In this document: positions 48,282 through 57,998 of the stretch, in pieces | Layout of the letters: each line of letters starts with the position of its first letter | Position numbering within the stretch: the stretch's first letter is position 1 | DNA from: Thermodesulfobacteriota bacterium | Lineage (GTDB): Bacteria > Desulfobacterota_D > UBA1144 > Nemesobacterales > UBA2774 | Reading direction: 5' to 3' | Assembly: GCA_965216785.1 (NCBI GenBank) | Contig: OZ244197.1 | Coordinates: 2,240,001-2,304,000, forward strand | DNA length: 64,000 nucleotides | Notes under the pieces: model-generated | What the model was told of the DNA's origin: nothing | What the model saw: only the letters and a program-made list of their open reading frames with translations | Database searches by the model: none | Translations under genes and position numbers: made by a program

Positions 48282-49544
48282 TTAAGCTTGCTTTTTCCTC
48301 CTGAACCTCACTAGCAGAATCAAACCAAACACTACAGCGGCAATTAAAATCAGCTTGTTAAGCAAGTCGGGTGAAATTCCGCTTATATCCTTCCCGGCGC
48401 AGCTCGCAAGGTAAATCTCACTATTTCCCTCGGCACTCGCCTCTGACGTAAAAACAATTCTCGCCCCGTCAGCGTTTATGTCGGCGCTCGTATTGGTTTC
48501 ACTCTTACTATCTGTAATCTGTACAAATTCATCACTTGCGATGTCATAAAGAAATATTTCTATATTCCCCTCCGGGTTATTAGAGCTAAAATCCCCGGAT
48601 GACTGAAATGCGATAAGCGTACCGTCGCCGTTAATCGACGCTCCGGCGCTCCCGGCTCCGGGCTCTTTAGTTATCTGGGCCAGCTTCCTGTCCGTTGTGT
48701 CATACAGGTAGATATTAAAAACCCCGTGCTGGTTCTGGTTGTTAAGGTTCGCATCGGACTGAAATGCCGTGAACCTGCCCTCAGAGCTTATGGAAGGGGA
48801 CAGACTGCCGAGTTCTGCTCCGCTTAGAGTGATTGGTGTCACGGCTGTGCTCACAACATCAAAGAGATATATCTCAGAGTTTTTCCCGGCGTCAGGCCCG
48901 CTTATGTTCGGATTTGACTGATACACTACAAATTTCCCCGATCCGCTGATTTTTGGATGATCACTCCATCCCTCAGTCTCATCAGATATCTTCGTAGTCG
49001 TTGCGCTAAGGCTATCGTAAATAAATATATTTGCGGCCCCGGTGTTTGGGCCCATGTTCGAAGTAAATACGATCTGGCTCCCGTCAGAATTGACCGAAGG
49101 CTCAAAACTGTTCCCCTCAGTTGTCACCTGTGAATACTCGCCGCTATCAATGTCATATAAATATATTAAGTTCAGCCCATCCGGGTTATTCCCTTTAATA
49201 TCGGCTCCCGACACGAAGGCCACCTTTGTGCCGTCCCCGCTTATCGAAGGCGCTACGCTCCCCAGGTTTTCATCATCCGTTATCTGAGAAAATTTTCCTG
49301 TCAAAGTATCGTAAATAAATATCTGATACGTGCCGCCCGGGTTTACTTCGGTAATTTCAGTCTGAGATTCAAAAGCGATAAAACGTCCGTCCGCGCTGAT
49401 TGAAGGGCTCTCGCTGTCGCCCGTAAATCCCTCTGTTATATTCTCGATCTTATAGTCAGAACAGGGCAATTCGGCAAATGCGGATGAGCCAAGAATCACG
49501 AGGGCGACAACAATAGATATCACCCTTATCGCGGTACTATGCAT
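48282..49544 (-). CDS. TolB-like PD40 beta-propeller surface protein with C-terminal anchor
   Basis: Repeated PSISxDG..IAFxS...IFxYD; C-terminal TM + RRKK. Confidence 0.8.
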   Translation of the reverse strand: MHSTAIRVISIVVALVILGSSAFAELPCSDYKIENITEGFTGDSESPSISADGRFIAFESQTEITEVNPGGTYQIFIYDTLTGKFSQITDDENLGSVAPSISGDGTKVAFVSGADIKGNNPDGLNLIYLYDIDSGEYSQVTTEGNSFEPSVNSDGSQIVFTSNMGPNTGAANIFIYDSLSATTTKISDETEGWSDHPKISGSGKFVVYQSNPNISGPDAGKNSEIYLFDVVSTAVTPITLSGAELGSLSPSISSEGRFTAFQSDANLNNQNQHGVFNIYLYDTTDRKLAQITKEPGAGSAGASINGDGTLIAFQSSGDFSSNNPEGNIEIFLYDIASDEFVQITDSKSETNTSADINADGARIVFTSEASAEGNSEIYLASCAGKDISGISPDLLNKLILIAAVVFGLILLVRFRRKKQA

Positions 49545-49589
49545 AGACCCCTATTCTAACCAAGGTTCTGTAAAGTTGGTAGTTCTAAT

Positions 49590-49621
49590 ACCCCCTTTTG
49601 CAAAGGGGGGCAGGGGGGATT
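49590..49621. repeat. REP-like palindromic element (copy of 123-154)
   Basis: CCCCCTTTTGCAAAGGGGGGCAGGGGGATT. Confidence 0.7.
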
Positions 49622-49685
49622 AGTTATTTATTGCCTTTTTCGTTCACATTAATTCGTGGTTCAGTATCATCTGCTTGCCCCCAGT

Positions 49686-50099
49686 TCAGGCCCATCTTGA
49701 GTGTTTCGGTACATCGTCATTTATCTCATAATAATCAGATGCGTCCTCAACAAATATATGATTTGCGGTCTTGAGCCCCGTAGGCATATCCAAAGTTCCG
49801 GCGGAAATCCCGATGTGCTCGCTGGAAGTTCGTTCCCAGAAGATACTGCCGCCGCAATTCCCGCAAAAACCTCTTCTTATACCCTCCGATGAGGAATACC
49901 ATTTTAGTTCTTTTTCTGTAACTATTTTAAGGTCTTGTTTCTTAGCGAGTGTATATGCTGCGATATTGCCGTGCGTGCGTCTGCACATGCTGCAGTGGCA
50001 ATTATTTACGTCTCTGAGAGGGCCATAGATTTCATACTTTACGCCGCCGCAAAGACAGCTACCTGATGCAGTTAATTTTATGTCTGTCATAATTTTCAT
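49686..50099 (-). CDS. GFA (CENP-V) family protein
   Basis: GSCLCG, CHCSMCRR and RGFCGNCG motifs. Confidence 0.92.
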   Translation of the reverse strand: MKIMTDIKLTASGSCLCGGVKYEIYGPLRDVNNCHCSMCRRTHGNIAAYTLAKKQDLKIVTEKELKWYSSSEGIRRGFCGNCGGSIFWERTSSEHIGISAGTLDMPTGLKTANHIFVEDASDYYEINDDVPKHSRWA

Positions 50100-50204
50100 A
50101 TTCTCCCTTAAATTAAATTGTAGCTTCGGTCTTTATATATCCGGGACTGATTATTATAAATAAATTGACCCCCTCTATAATATAGGGTTATATAAATATT
50201 TCTA

Positions 50205-51293
50205 ATGAGACCTACTTGGGCCGAGATAGATTTAGGCGCGCTAAAGCACAATTTTATGCTAGTTAAGGAGCTTGTCGGCGCTGGTGTAGCCATACTTTCC
50301 GTAGTAAAGGCAGACGGTTACGGCCACGGTGCGGTAGAGGTAAGCAAAACTCTGGTTGAGGTGGGAACGGACATGCTGGGCGTTGCCACCGTCGAAGAAG
50401 CTATGGAGCTAAGGGACTACGGCATAGACGTCCCGATCATGCTCCTTGGCGGCATCAGGCCCGAAGAGGCTTTGCTCACTGTCCAGAACAACATGGTTCC
50501 CTGCCTCTTTTCCCTCGATGTCGCCCGCGCTCTCGATAAAGCCGCTTCTTCCATCGGCACGACAGCGCCCTATCATCTGAAGATCGACACCGGTATGACA
50601 AGGCTTGGCGTAAGGCCCGAAGAGCTTAACAGCTTTCTTCAAGGTTTAGCTGAGCTAAAGAATATAGAAATGGACGGGGTGCTCACCCACCTTGCCTCCG
50701 CATTTACTGAATCGACAGACTACACTGAAGCGCAGCTTAGCTGCTTCTCGCAGCACTCAGAGAAAGTGCGGGCACACGGCCACAGCCCAAGGTTCATACA
50801 TTCTGCAAACAGCGTATCTATAAAAAGGTTCCCGCACTCCCATATGGACCTTGTGCGCCCGGGAATAATGCTCTATACCCCGGCAGTTGACGGAGGGCTC
50901 GATCTAAAGCCCGTGATGAAGCTAAAATCCCGCATCATACAGCTAAATCAAGTACCAGCGGGCACTCCTGTAAGCTACGGGGGCACTTTCGTGACAAAAC
51001 GCCCGTCGGTTATAGCCACTTTGCCCATTGGCTATGCTGACGGATATTTAAGAATTCTCTCAAATCGGGCGCGCGTTTCACTTCACGGTAAAACCGCTCC
51101 CGTAACGGGCACTGTCTGCATGGATTTGACGATGATAGACGTAACAGATATCCCCGAGGCAAGTGTTGGAGACGACGTAACGATTTTCGGCGACGATCTG
51201 GTATCGGTCCAGCAGGTGGCTCAGTGGGCGGGCACCATTTCCTACGAAATACTTTCCATTACCGGGAAACGGGTTCAGAGGATATACTTCTGA
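50205..51293 (+). CDS. alr: alanine racemase
   Basis: VVKADGYGHG, KIDTGMTRLG, VRPG, GYADG and CMD motifs. Confidence 0.97.
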   Translation: MRPTWAEIDLGALKHNFMLVKELVGAGVAILSVVKADGYGHGAVEVSKTLVEVGTDMLGVATVEEAMELRDYGIDVPIMLLGGIRPEEALLTVQNNMVPCLFSLDVARALDKAASSIGTTAPYHLKIDTGMTRLGVRPEELNSFLQGLAELKNIEMDGVLTHLASAFTESTDYTEAQLSCFSQHSEKVRAHGHSPRFIHSANSVSIKRFPHSHMDLVRPGIMLYTPAVDGGLDLKPVMKLKSRIIQLNQVPAGTPVSYGGTFVTKRPSVIATLPIGYADGYLRILSNRARVSLHGKTAPVTGTVCMDLTMIDVTDIPEASVGDDVTIFGDDLVSVQQVAQWAGTISYEILSITGKRVQRIYF

Positions 51294-51360
51294 TATAATC
51301 TTGATAATCCGATGTCAATATTCAATAGATATTACGGCTATTTAAGTTAAGGTTAATGAG

Positions 51361-52872
51361 ATGCTCCTAAAACGCGCCCTCGGGCTCATCCTCTTCCTAC
51401 TGCTCATGTTGTCGCAACTGCCCGCGAAAAGCGCGCTCGCACTCGACACCATTAACCTCGGTCCGCTCTTTTACATGGAAAAAGACAGTGAGAAAGGGAC
51501 AAAGTCCATAGACGCGCTCGGTCCCTTTATAAGCTTTAAGAAGGGGGAGCACGAAAAGGAGTACGGGTTCCGCCCCATATTCTATAACTACAGAAACTAC
51601 GAAAAGGACAGGACCTCTTTTGATTTCCTTTACCCTCTCTCCACCCACAGGACCTTTGAGGGGGATACAAAGTTTCAGATGCTTATGTATATATTCTTCT
51701 ACCGAAGCGACCTCCGTCCTTCGGGGTTCGTTGAAAAGGATTTTACATTCTTCCCCTTCGTATTCTCAAAGCGCGCCGAAGACCCGGAGCAGAGCTACTT
51801 CGCATTATTCCCGCTTGGAGGAAAACTCAAACATAAATACGGTAAGGACGAAATAAGCTTTTTCCTTTTCCCGCTTTTCATGCAGACAAAAAAAGATGGT
51901 GTAACCAATAACAATTTCATCTGGCCGTTCATTGGCGCCTACCACGGAGAGGGCGTCAGAGGAGGGCGCCTCTGGCCCATATACGGCAAAAGGTACAAGC
52001 CCGACACATTTTCTGAATCGTTTGCTCTATGGCCGATATTTCTGAACCGCGAGATCGAGTTCATGGGCTATCAGGCGCAGATGAAAGCCGTAATGCCGTT
52101 TTACTACGGAGTGGATTTCCCGGGCCGTAGACAAAGGACTTATCTCTGGCCGTTCTTCAACACTATAGAAAATACGGAGAGGGGTTTTAAGCGCTGGGAC
52201 ATGCCGTGGTTCTTTGTCAGTATTAGTAGGGGCAGCGTTCACACAAACAGGTTTTGGCCCCTTTACTCAAAGCGAAGGGAAAAGGATTACGAGACCGGTT
52301 TTTTACTGTGGCCGCTGTATCAGTACAAGTTCGCGGACCTTGAAACCTACCGCCGGGAAAGGCGCACGTTCGTGCTATTTCTCTATAAAGATATAAAAGA
52401 CAAGCCCATCAAGGAGGGCGGGAAGAGCGGGAGAGCCATTCACTTCTGGCCGCTATTCAGCTACAAGAGCAAGACAGACGGCCCGGCGCATTTTCACCTC
52501 ATTTCCCCGCTCGAGACTTTCCTTCCGGAAAACCCGCCAAGAGAGCGCAACTGGGCCCCGTTCTGGCGCATATTCAACTGGGAGCGTGATGAAGAGGGTA
52601 ACGAATTCTCCTCTTTTCTTTGGAATACGCTCAGGACGGAGCATACGAAAGAGAGCACAAAGATCGAGCTAAGGCCCATTATTCCGCTCATATCCATAGA
52701 GAGCGGCGCGGCGCGCTCAAACTTCAGTTTACTTGGAGGATTTTTGGGTTACCGCCGTAATAATTCGACTAAAACATTAAGGTTTCTATATATTCCGGTT
52801 AATATTTCTGGTGGAGGCTCGCCCCCAGCAAACGCGAGCACAGCCGAAACAATGATACTGGGAGACGTCTGA
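51361..52872 (+). CDS. secreted aromatic-rich repeat protein (F/W-P repeats)
   Basis: Signal peptide; many repeats such as FLYPL, FFPF, LFPL, IWPF, LWPIY and FWPL; ends 3 nt before mlaE. Confidence 0.75.
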   Translation: MLLKRALGLILFLLLMLSQLPAKSALALDTINLGPLFYMEKDSEKGTKSIDALGPFISFKKGEHEKEYGFRPIFYNYRNYEKDRTSFDFLYPLSTHRTFEGDTKFQMLMYIFFYRSDLRPSGFVEKDFTFFPFVFSKRAEDPEQSYFALFPLGGKLKHKYGKDEISFFLFPLFMQTKKDGVTNNNFIWPFIGAYHGEGVRGGRLWPIYGKRYKPDTFSESFALWPIFLNREIEFMGYQAQMKAVMPFYYGVDFPGRRQRTYLWPFFNTIENTERGFKRWDMPWFFVSISRGSVHTNRFWPLYSKRREKDYETGFLLWPLYQYKFADLETYRRERRTFVLFLYKDIKDKPIKEGGKSGRAIHFWPLFSYKSKTDGPAHFHLISPLETFLPENPPRERNWAPFWRIFNWERDEEGNEFSSFLWNTLRTEHTKESTKIELRPIIPLISIESGAARSNFSLLGGFLGYRRNNSTKTLRFLYIPVNISGGGSPPANASTAETMILGDV

Positions 52873-52875
52873 GCA

Positions 52876-53643
52876 ATGAACACTGTAACGCACTTTTTTA
52901 AGGTCACCGGCGGGCTCGTTGGACTCCTTGTTGAGACCCTGTACTGGTGCAAGTCCGCTTTGTCCAACAGCGACAAGGTGCTGCAGCAGCTCCTCGTAAT
53001 CGGCTATCAGACACTTCCCGTAGGCGCTCTCATAGCGCTATTCTCAGGCGGGGTGCTGGCGCTACAGGCGGGTCCCGCGCTTGCGCAGTTCGGCGTGGAA
53101 GAAAACGTCGGAGGTCTCGTAGGTCTCTCAATCGTAAAAGAAATAGGCCCCGTGATGGCCGCTATACTTGTCGCCGGCAGGGTAGGCTCGGCCATGACTG
53201 CCGAGATATCCTCCATGAGCGTCTACGAGGAGATCGACGCACTTAAGACGATGGATATCAACCCTATCCGTTACCTCGTCATGCCGAGGTTTATAGCAAC
53301 GGTAATTGCTCTTCCCATACTCGTAATCTATATGGACGTCATAGGCTGGTTCGGGGGCGCGCTGGTATCCGCCGTAAACCCGGAAGTTAAGCTGTCTGTA
53401 GATATTTATTACCACAATTTGGCCCAGTTCGTAGATTTCACAGCCGTTGTGAACGGGCTTGTTAAAGCCATGATTTTCGGCGTTATAATCTCCATAGTCT
53501 GCTGCTACGTGGGGCTGAAGACCACAGGCGGCCCAAGGGAGATAGGGCGCTCGGTTACAAAAGCTGTAGTGCTCTCGTTTGTACTGGTTTTGGTGTTCGA
53601 TTACTACGTCACCAGGGTTTTGTTATTCTTAAATTTAGATTAG
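52876..53643 (+). CDS. mlaE: MlaE family ABC permease
   Basis: KEIGPV, AGRVGSAMTAE, EEIDAL and PR motifs. Confidence 0.93.
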   Translation: MNTVTHFFKVTGGLVGLLVETLYWCKSALSNSDKVLQQLLVIGYQTLPVGALIALFSGGVLALQAGPALAQFGVEENVGGLVGLSIVKEIGPVMAAILVAGRVGSAMTAEISSMSVYEEIDALKTMDINPIRYLVMPRFIATVIALPILVIYMDVIGWFGGALVSAVNPEVKLSVDIYYHNLAQFVDFTAVVNGLVKAMIFGVIISIVCCYVGLKTTGGPREIGRSVTKAVVLSFVLVLVFDYYVTRVLLFLNLD

Positions 53644-53658
53644 ACTATTTGATGGATT

Positions 53659-54495
53659 ATGGAGCGTAAACTGGATAACGAAAACGCAGCTAACGGAAGG
53701 CTCGGAAGCGTACTCGAGGGCAGGGAAAAATGCACCGGCAGCGTGCTTTTGGATTACCTTAAATGCGCCCCGGCGGGAGTGTGCATTAAAGACCTCCGCA
53801 GGTCTTTCGGCAGCCACTTGGTATTAAAAGGGATAAACCTAGACATTGACCCGGGGGAGATTGTTGTGATCCTGGGCAAGAGCGGCGCCGGCAAGAGCGT
53901 GCTGTTGCGCCACATCATCGGGCTTGAGGACCCGGATGCCGGCTCCATCAAAGTCGCGGGCGAAGACATACACGAGCCGGATTTCAGCAAGCACCACGTG
54001 CTGGCTATGGTGTTTCAGTCCTCAGCCCTATTCAATTCGCTTACAGTGGGGGAAAACGTAGGGCTTTATCTAAGGGAGCACAAGGTCATTGATGACGACA
54101 AACGAATAAACGAAATAGTCTCAAGCGCGCTCGAGCTCGTCGGGCTTGGGGGAAAAGAAGAAGTCATGCCCTCTGTCCTCTCAGGAGGAATGAAGCGCAG
54201 GGTCGCTACCGCGAGAGCGCTAGTCATGAATCCCGACATCATCCTTTTCGATGAGCCCACTTCAGGGCTCGATCCCATGATGACGCGCACCATAGGCGAT
54301 CTTATCTGCGATCTGAAATCCCAGGTGGAAATAACGCAAATAGTCGTTACGCACGACATAGACCTTGCTTTCTACGTAGCGGACAAGATTGCTGTCCTTA
54401 GCGAGGGCAGAATACTCCAGGTCGGTAGTTCGGATGAAATACGCAATTCAAGGGACGCGGCGGTACGGGAGTTTATCGCTCCACAGTTCGATTGA
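53659..54495 (+). CDS. mlaF: MlaF family ABC ATPase
   Basis: GKSGAGKS, LSGGMKRRV, DEPTSGLDP and VTHD motifs. Confidence 0.92.
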   Translation: MERKLDNENAANGRLGSVLEGREKCTGSVLLDYLKCAPAGVCIKDLRRSFGSHLVLKGINLDIDPGEIVVILGKSGAGKSVLLRHIIGLEDPDAGSIKVAGEDIHEPDFSKHHVLAMVFQSSALFNSLTVGENVGLYLREHKVIDDDKRINEIVSSALELVGLGGKEEVMPSVLSGGMKRRVATARALVMNPDIILFDEPTSGLDPMMTRTIGDLICDLKSQVEITQIVVTHDIDLAFYVADKIAVLSEGRILQVGSSDEIRNSRDAAVREFIAPQFD

Positions 54496-54560
54496 TGGTT
54501 CGAGCAGTTAGCCCGGAGGGCTTAATAGTTATTACTTACAAACTTAAGGAGGCATATTGA

Positions 54561-55553
54561 ATGGGCGCTCAGGTAAAAGTCGGAATATTTTTCGTAGTCG
54601 GTCTTGTCATACTCCTTGCGGTGTTTGACTTTGTGGGCGACGTGCCTTTCTTTAAAAACGAGATCAAGGTGAAAACGTACTTTAACTCCGTTGCCGAGCT
54701 TAGCGAAGGGGCCATGGTAAAGCTCGAGGGCTTTGAGATCGGAAGGGTTAAGAGCGTTAAAATCGCGGACAGAAATATTGAAGTCGTGATGAATATTGAA
54801 AAGGACAGCGGCGTGCGCGCGGATTCCGAAGCGAGCATCCGTCTTACGTCACTACTTGGAGCAAGCTATATTAATCTCACTTTCGGCACCGCCGACAGCC
54901 CTCTCGCGCAGGACGGAGCGGTGCTCCCGAGCGTTGAGCCTGCCGACATAAACGACATAATGGTAAAGGTCGATTCCGCCGTGAGCTCTTTGGATAACGC
55001 CTTGGGCGGGCTGGATATATTCGGCGATAATAAAGAGCAGGTCTCAAGCATTGTCAAAAACCTCGATCTACTTCTTTCAGGGCTCGAAAGCGGGGAGGGC
55101 ACTCTCGGTAAGCTTTTTAAAGACGACTCTCTGTACTCTGACGTTACCGGGGCGTTCGCCAATATCAACGAAATCACAGACTCCCTTAAAGAAGGCAAAG
55201 GCACTCTCGGGAAACTTCTATACGACGATTCGCTCTACAACGACACAAAAACGGCGCTTTCAAATTTCGGCAGTCTTACAGAGAAGCTAAACACCTCAAA
55301 CGGCACCATCGGCAAGCTGTTAAACGACGATACTCTGTATAACGAAGCCACAGGGGCGGCCACAAAGCTAAACCAGATACTTGAGAAAATAAACTCCGGC
55401 CAGGGCACCCTGGGCCAGCTCGTAAACGACGACTCCCTTTATCTTGACGCTAAGGATACGCTCCTTAAAGTGGACAAGAGCATCGACACCCTGGACGATC
55501 TTGCGCCTCTTGGAGTATTCGGAACGGCGCTTGGGGTAGTTACACTCTTCTAA
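54561..55553 (+). CDS. mlaD: MlaD/MCE family protein with long helical extension
   Basis: MCE domain followed by four GT(L/I)G(K/Q)L..DD(S/T)LY repeats. Confidence 0.9.
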   Translation: MGAQVKVGIFFVVGLVILLAVFDFVGDVPFFKNEIKVKTYFNSVAELSEGAMVKLEGFEIGRVKSVKIADRNIEVVMNIEKDSGVRADSEASIRLTSLLGASYINLTFGTADSPLAQDGAVLPSVEPADINDIMVKVDSAVSSLDNALGGLDIFGDNKEQVSSIVKNLDLLLSGLESGEGTLGKLFKDDSLYSDVTGAFANINEITDSLKEGKGTLGKLLYDDSLYNDTKTALSNFGSLTEKLNTSNGTIGKLLNDDTLYNEATGAATKLNQILEKINSGQGTLGQLVNDDSLYLDAKDTLLKVDKSIDTLDDLAPLGVFGTALGVVTLF

Positions 55554-55976
55554 TTAATCCCCGTTACATTTATTGGGTTATCACACTCTCCGGCAGGGGT
55601 GTGGACGGGTTCTAATCTTAAGTCCGCTTAGATCTCTTCTGCCGTCTTGGCAGAGTCCTTGTAAACTAAGTTTTTTGCGCAGCATATATTCTTTGCATTT
55701 GCGTATAAATCTATTGACATTCTAGGGATTATCGTATTTATTTATATCCTAGAATGACATTTCCCATGCCAAATATTACAAAAGCAATATTCACAAACCC
55801 TCTAATACCTGTTATATTATTAGGTGATACGGCGTTATGCGCGCGCGGCTCAAAGCAGACGGTGAATTTTCTTCGCAGTATTAGATATATGTAAGCTGTT
55901 GCAATATAATTAGTTAGGATTCAGCAAGCAGTCGGGTGTAAAACACAATATAATTAAGGAGCGAGGAGATAATAAC

Positions 55977-56897
55977 ATGGGACTTAACAAAGACTTTATC
56001 GGACGCGAATTTGAGCCTCTTGAGCATGTTGTCAGCACAGAGGACATCATTGACTACGCATGGGCCATCGGCGCCCGTAATCTGAGTTATTTTAACTATA
56101 ACGGCGCGTTTGCCTACAACCACGAGTCAGTTGTGGGAATGGCACCACCCAGCTACGCCGTAACGTACGAGCTTCCGATTCTTGAGGAGCTTTGGAGCGA
56201 CCCGGATCTTCACGGCGGACCAGAGCAGGCAAGGCAGAACGTGCTCATGCTGGTTCACGGCGATCAGAACATGAAGTTCTACAAGCCCATAAGGCCGGGC
56301 GATAAGCTCACATACAGGACCAAAATTTCAGCGATTGAAGACAAAGGCAGCGGTGAGCTCCTTAGGATTAACGTTCTTACCACAAATGGAAACGGTGAAA
56401 AAGTAGTGGAGTCCGACTGGGGCCTTTTTATCAGGGGCATCGGAAGCGGCCAAAAACCACAGAAATCGGCTAACGGAAGTAACGGCAGTAAGCCAAAGGC
56501 TCCGCCGGAGCCTCCGGAGCTTGCTTTCAGAGACGTAATCAGAGTGCCCGAGGACATAACATACCGTTATTCTAAAGCCTCAAACGACATGAACCCCATT
56601 CACATCGACCCGGAAGTCGCCAAGGAAGCAGGTCTTAGCGGCATCATCGTGCACGGTCTCTGCACCATGTCTATGACCATGCGCGCCATCATCGAGAGCT
56701 ACCTCGACAGCGACCCTGCAAGGTTAAAATCACTTGGCGTCAGGTTCACGGCCCCCGTATATCCGGGCGACGTGATTATCGTGGACGGCTGGGAAAAAGA
56801 GGAGCTAAACGGAAACATGGTGCTCGGCTTCGATGTCACCCGTAAGTCGGACGGCGTTAAGGTAATAAAAGGCGGAAGTGCTGAAGTTTCCATATAA
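55977..56897 (+). CDS. double-hotdog MaoC-type dehydratase/hydratase
   Basis: N-terminal APPSY and LVHGDQ; C-terminal SNDMNPIH, IVHGLCT and RFTAPVYPG. Confidence 0.88.
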   Translation: MGLNKDFIGREFEPLEHVVSTEDIIDYAWAIGARNLSYFNYNGAFAYNHESVVGMAPPSYAVTYELPILEELWSDPDLHGGPEQARQNVLMLVHGDQNMKFYKPIRPGDKLTYRTKISAIEDKGSGELLRINVLTTNGNGEKVVESDWGLFIRGIGSGQKPQKSANGSNGSKPKAPPEPPELAFRDVIRVPEDITYRYSKASNDMNPIHIDPEVAKEAGLSGIIVHGLCTMSMTMRAIIESYLDSDPARLKSLGVRFTAPVYPGDVIIVDGWEKEELNGNMVLGFDVTRKSDGVKVIKGGSAEVSI

Positions 56898-56927
56898 TAT
56901 CGAGAATAAACGCTAAAAGGATAGGAA

Positions 56928-56967
56928 AGGGAGCGGTAACTCAGGCTGAGTTATCGCTCTTTTTTTA
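56928..56967. terminator. terminator between convergent genes
   Basis: GGGAGCGGTAACTC...GAGTTATCGCTCT followed by TTTTTT. Confidence 0.8.
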
Positions 56968-56969
56968 TG

Positions 56970-57890
56970 TCAGACTTCAAGACTCTCAAGAAGTTTAGGC
57001 ACGGCCTTTTTTAAGTAGAAGACAAAATCCTTTATGTGTTTGTGACGCTCAGTGTATTTGTTCCAGACAACCTCGTATACCAGACGGACAGGCTCTCCGG
57101 AATTATCGTGAAGCTCCTTTGCCCTGCCGCGCAGCACTGTAAGCTTGCCTTTGGGTAGTATCGCAGAGCCTATTCCAAGCTCGGCCCACTCCTCGATTAT
57201 CCCGTAAGTCTGCGCTTTGCCCCTGTACTCAATGAGCTCCGCTCCGTTATTTCTGAACACGTTTCTCGTAGCTTCCGCAAGCCCGCATACCTCGGGCCCC
57301 ATTACAAAAGTATCTCCGTCAAGCTCCTCTACCCTTACCGAGCCCTTTTCATGCGAGCCGCTGGGCTCTTCTTCCCTTGGGATATAATAAAGACTCTCTT
57401 TGTAAAAGGGTATCTTTCGGTACATCTGCTTCTGATCTGTTTTAAGAGTGAATATAAAGTCCAGGTTCTCAGACTCAAGCCGGGTCAGAAGGTCCTCTCT
57501 CCCGCACTCTTTGAAAACAAAATCTATATTTGGGTTAGAGCGCATGTATGGGTCGATCATGGTTTTGACCAGTTGAAACTTTATAAGCGTAGATACCCCG
57601 AACCTGAGTATCTTGTGCTCGGGGTTCATGTACAGCTCTATCGCGCTCCTAAGGTCGTTCCTTGATTCCAGGAGCTCATTTATGTGAGATAAAATGTGCT
57701 CGCCGAAAGAGGTTAGGGCGACAGTCCTTGTCGTGCGCTTAAACACCGGAGCGCCAGCCTCTATCTCAAACTGGGCGACTGCGTTTGACAGGGTTGGCTG
57801 GCTCACCCCGCACGCCTGCGCGGCCTTACTGAACGAGCTCAGCTCAGCGACTGCTTTTATATATTCCATTTGTGTTAGGTTCAGATTCAT
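56970..57890 (-). CDS. LysR family regulator (OxyR-like)
   Basis: FSKAAQACGVSQPTLS HTH; CGL motif in the effector domain. Confidence 0.9.
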   Translation of the reverse strand: MNLNLTQMEYIKAVAELSSFSKAAQACGVSQPTLSNAVAQFEIEAGAPVFKRTTRTVALTSFGEHILSHINELLESRNDLRSAIELYMNPEHKILRFGVSTLIKFQLVKTMIDPYMRSNPNIDFVFKECGREDLLTRLESENLDFIFTLKTDQKQMYRKIPFYKESLYYIPREEEPSGSHEKGSVRVEELDGDTFVMGPEVCGLAEATRNVFRNNGAELIEYRGKAQTYGIIEEWAELGIGSAILPKGKLTVLRGRAKELHDNSGEPVRLVYEVVWNKYTERHKHIKDFVFYLKKAVPKLLESLEV

Positions 57891-57894
57891 ATTT

Positions 57895-57939
57895 ATAGTC
57901 TTTAGCTATAATACATATTTACATATTACATTTTACTAT
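57895..57939. promoter_or_regulatory. LysR/OxyR-type operator
   Basis: ATAG-N7-CTAT (57895-57909) and ATTA-N7-CTAT (57925-57939) between divergent genes. Confidence 0.6.
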
Positions 57940-57998
57940 AAATCTACACACCTTTATCCTATTTTACAAATAAATTCTCATACACGGAGGAAGTTACA

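Noticed and set aside
55095-55445. Periodic DNA repeats in mlaD
   Set aside because: Explained by the GTLGKL..DDSLY protein repeats common in long MlaD proteins; not an array
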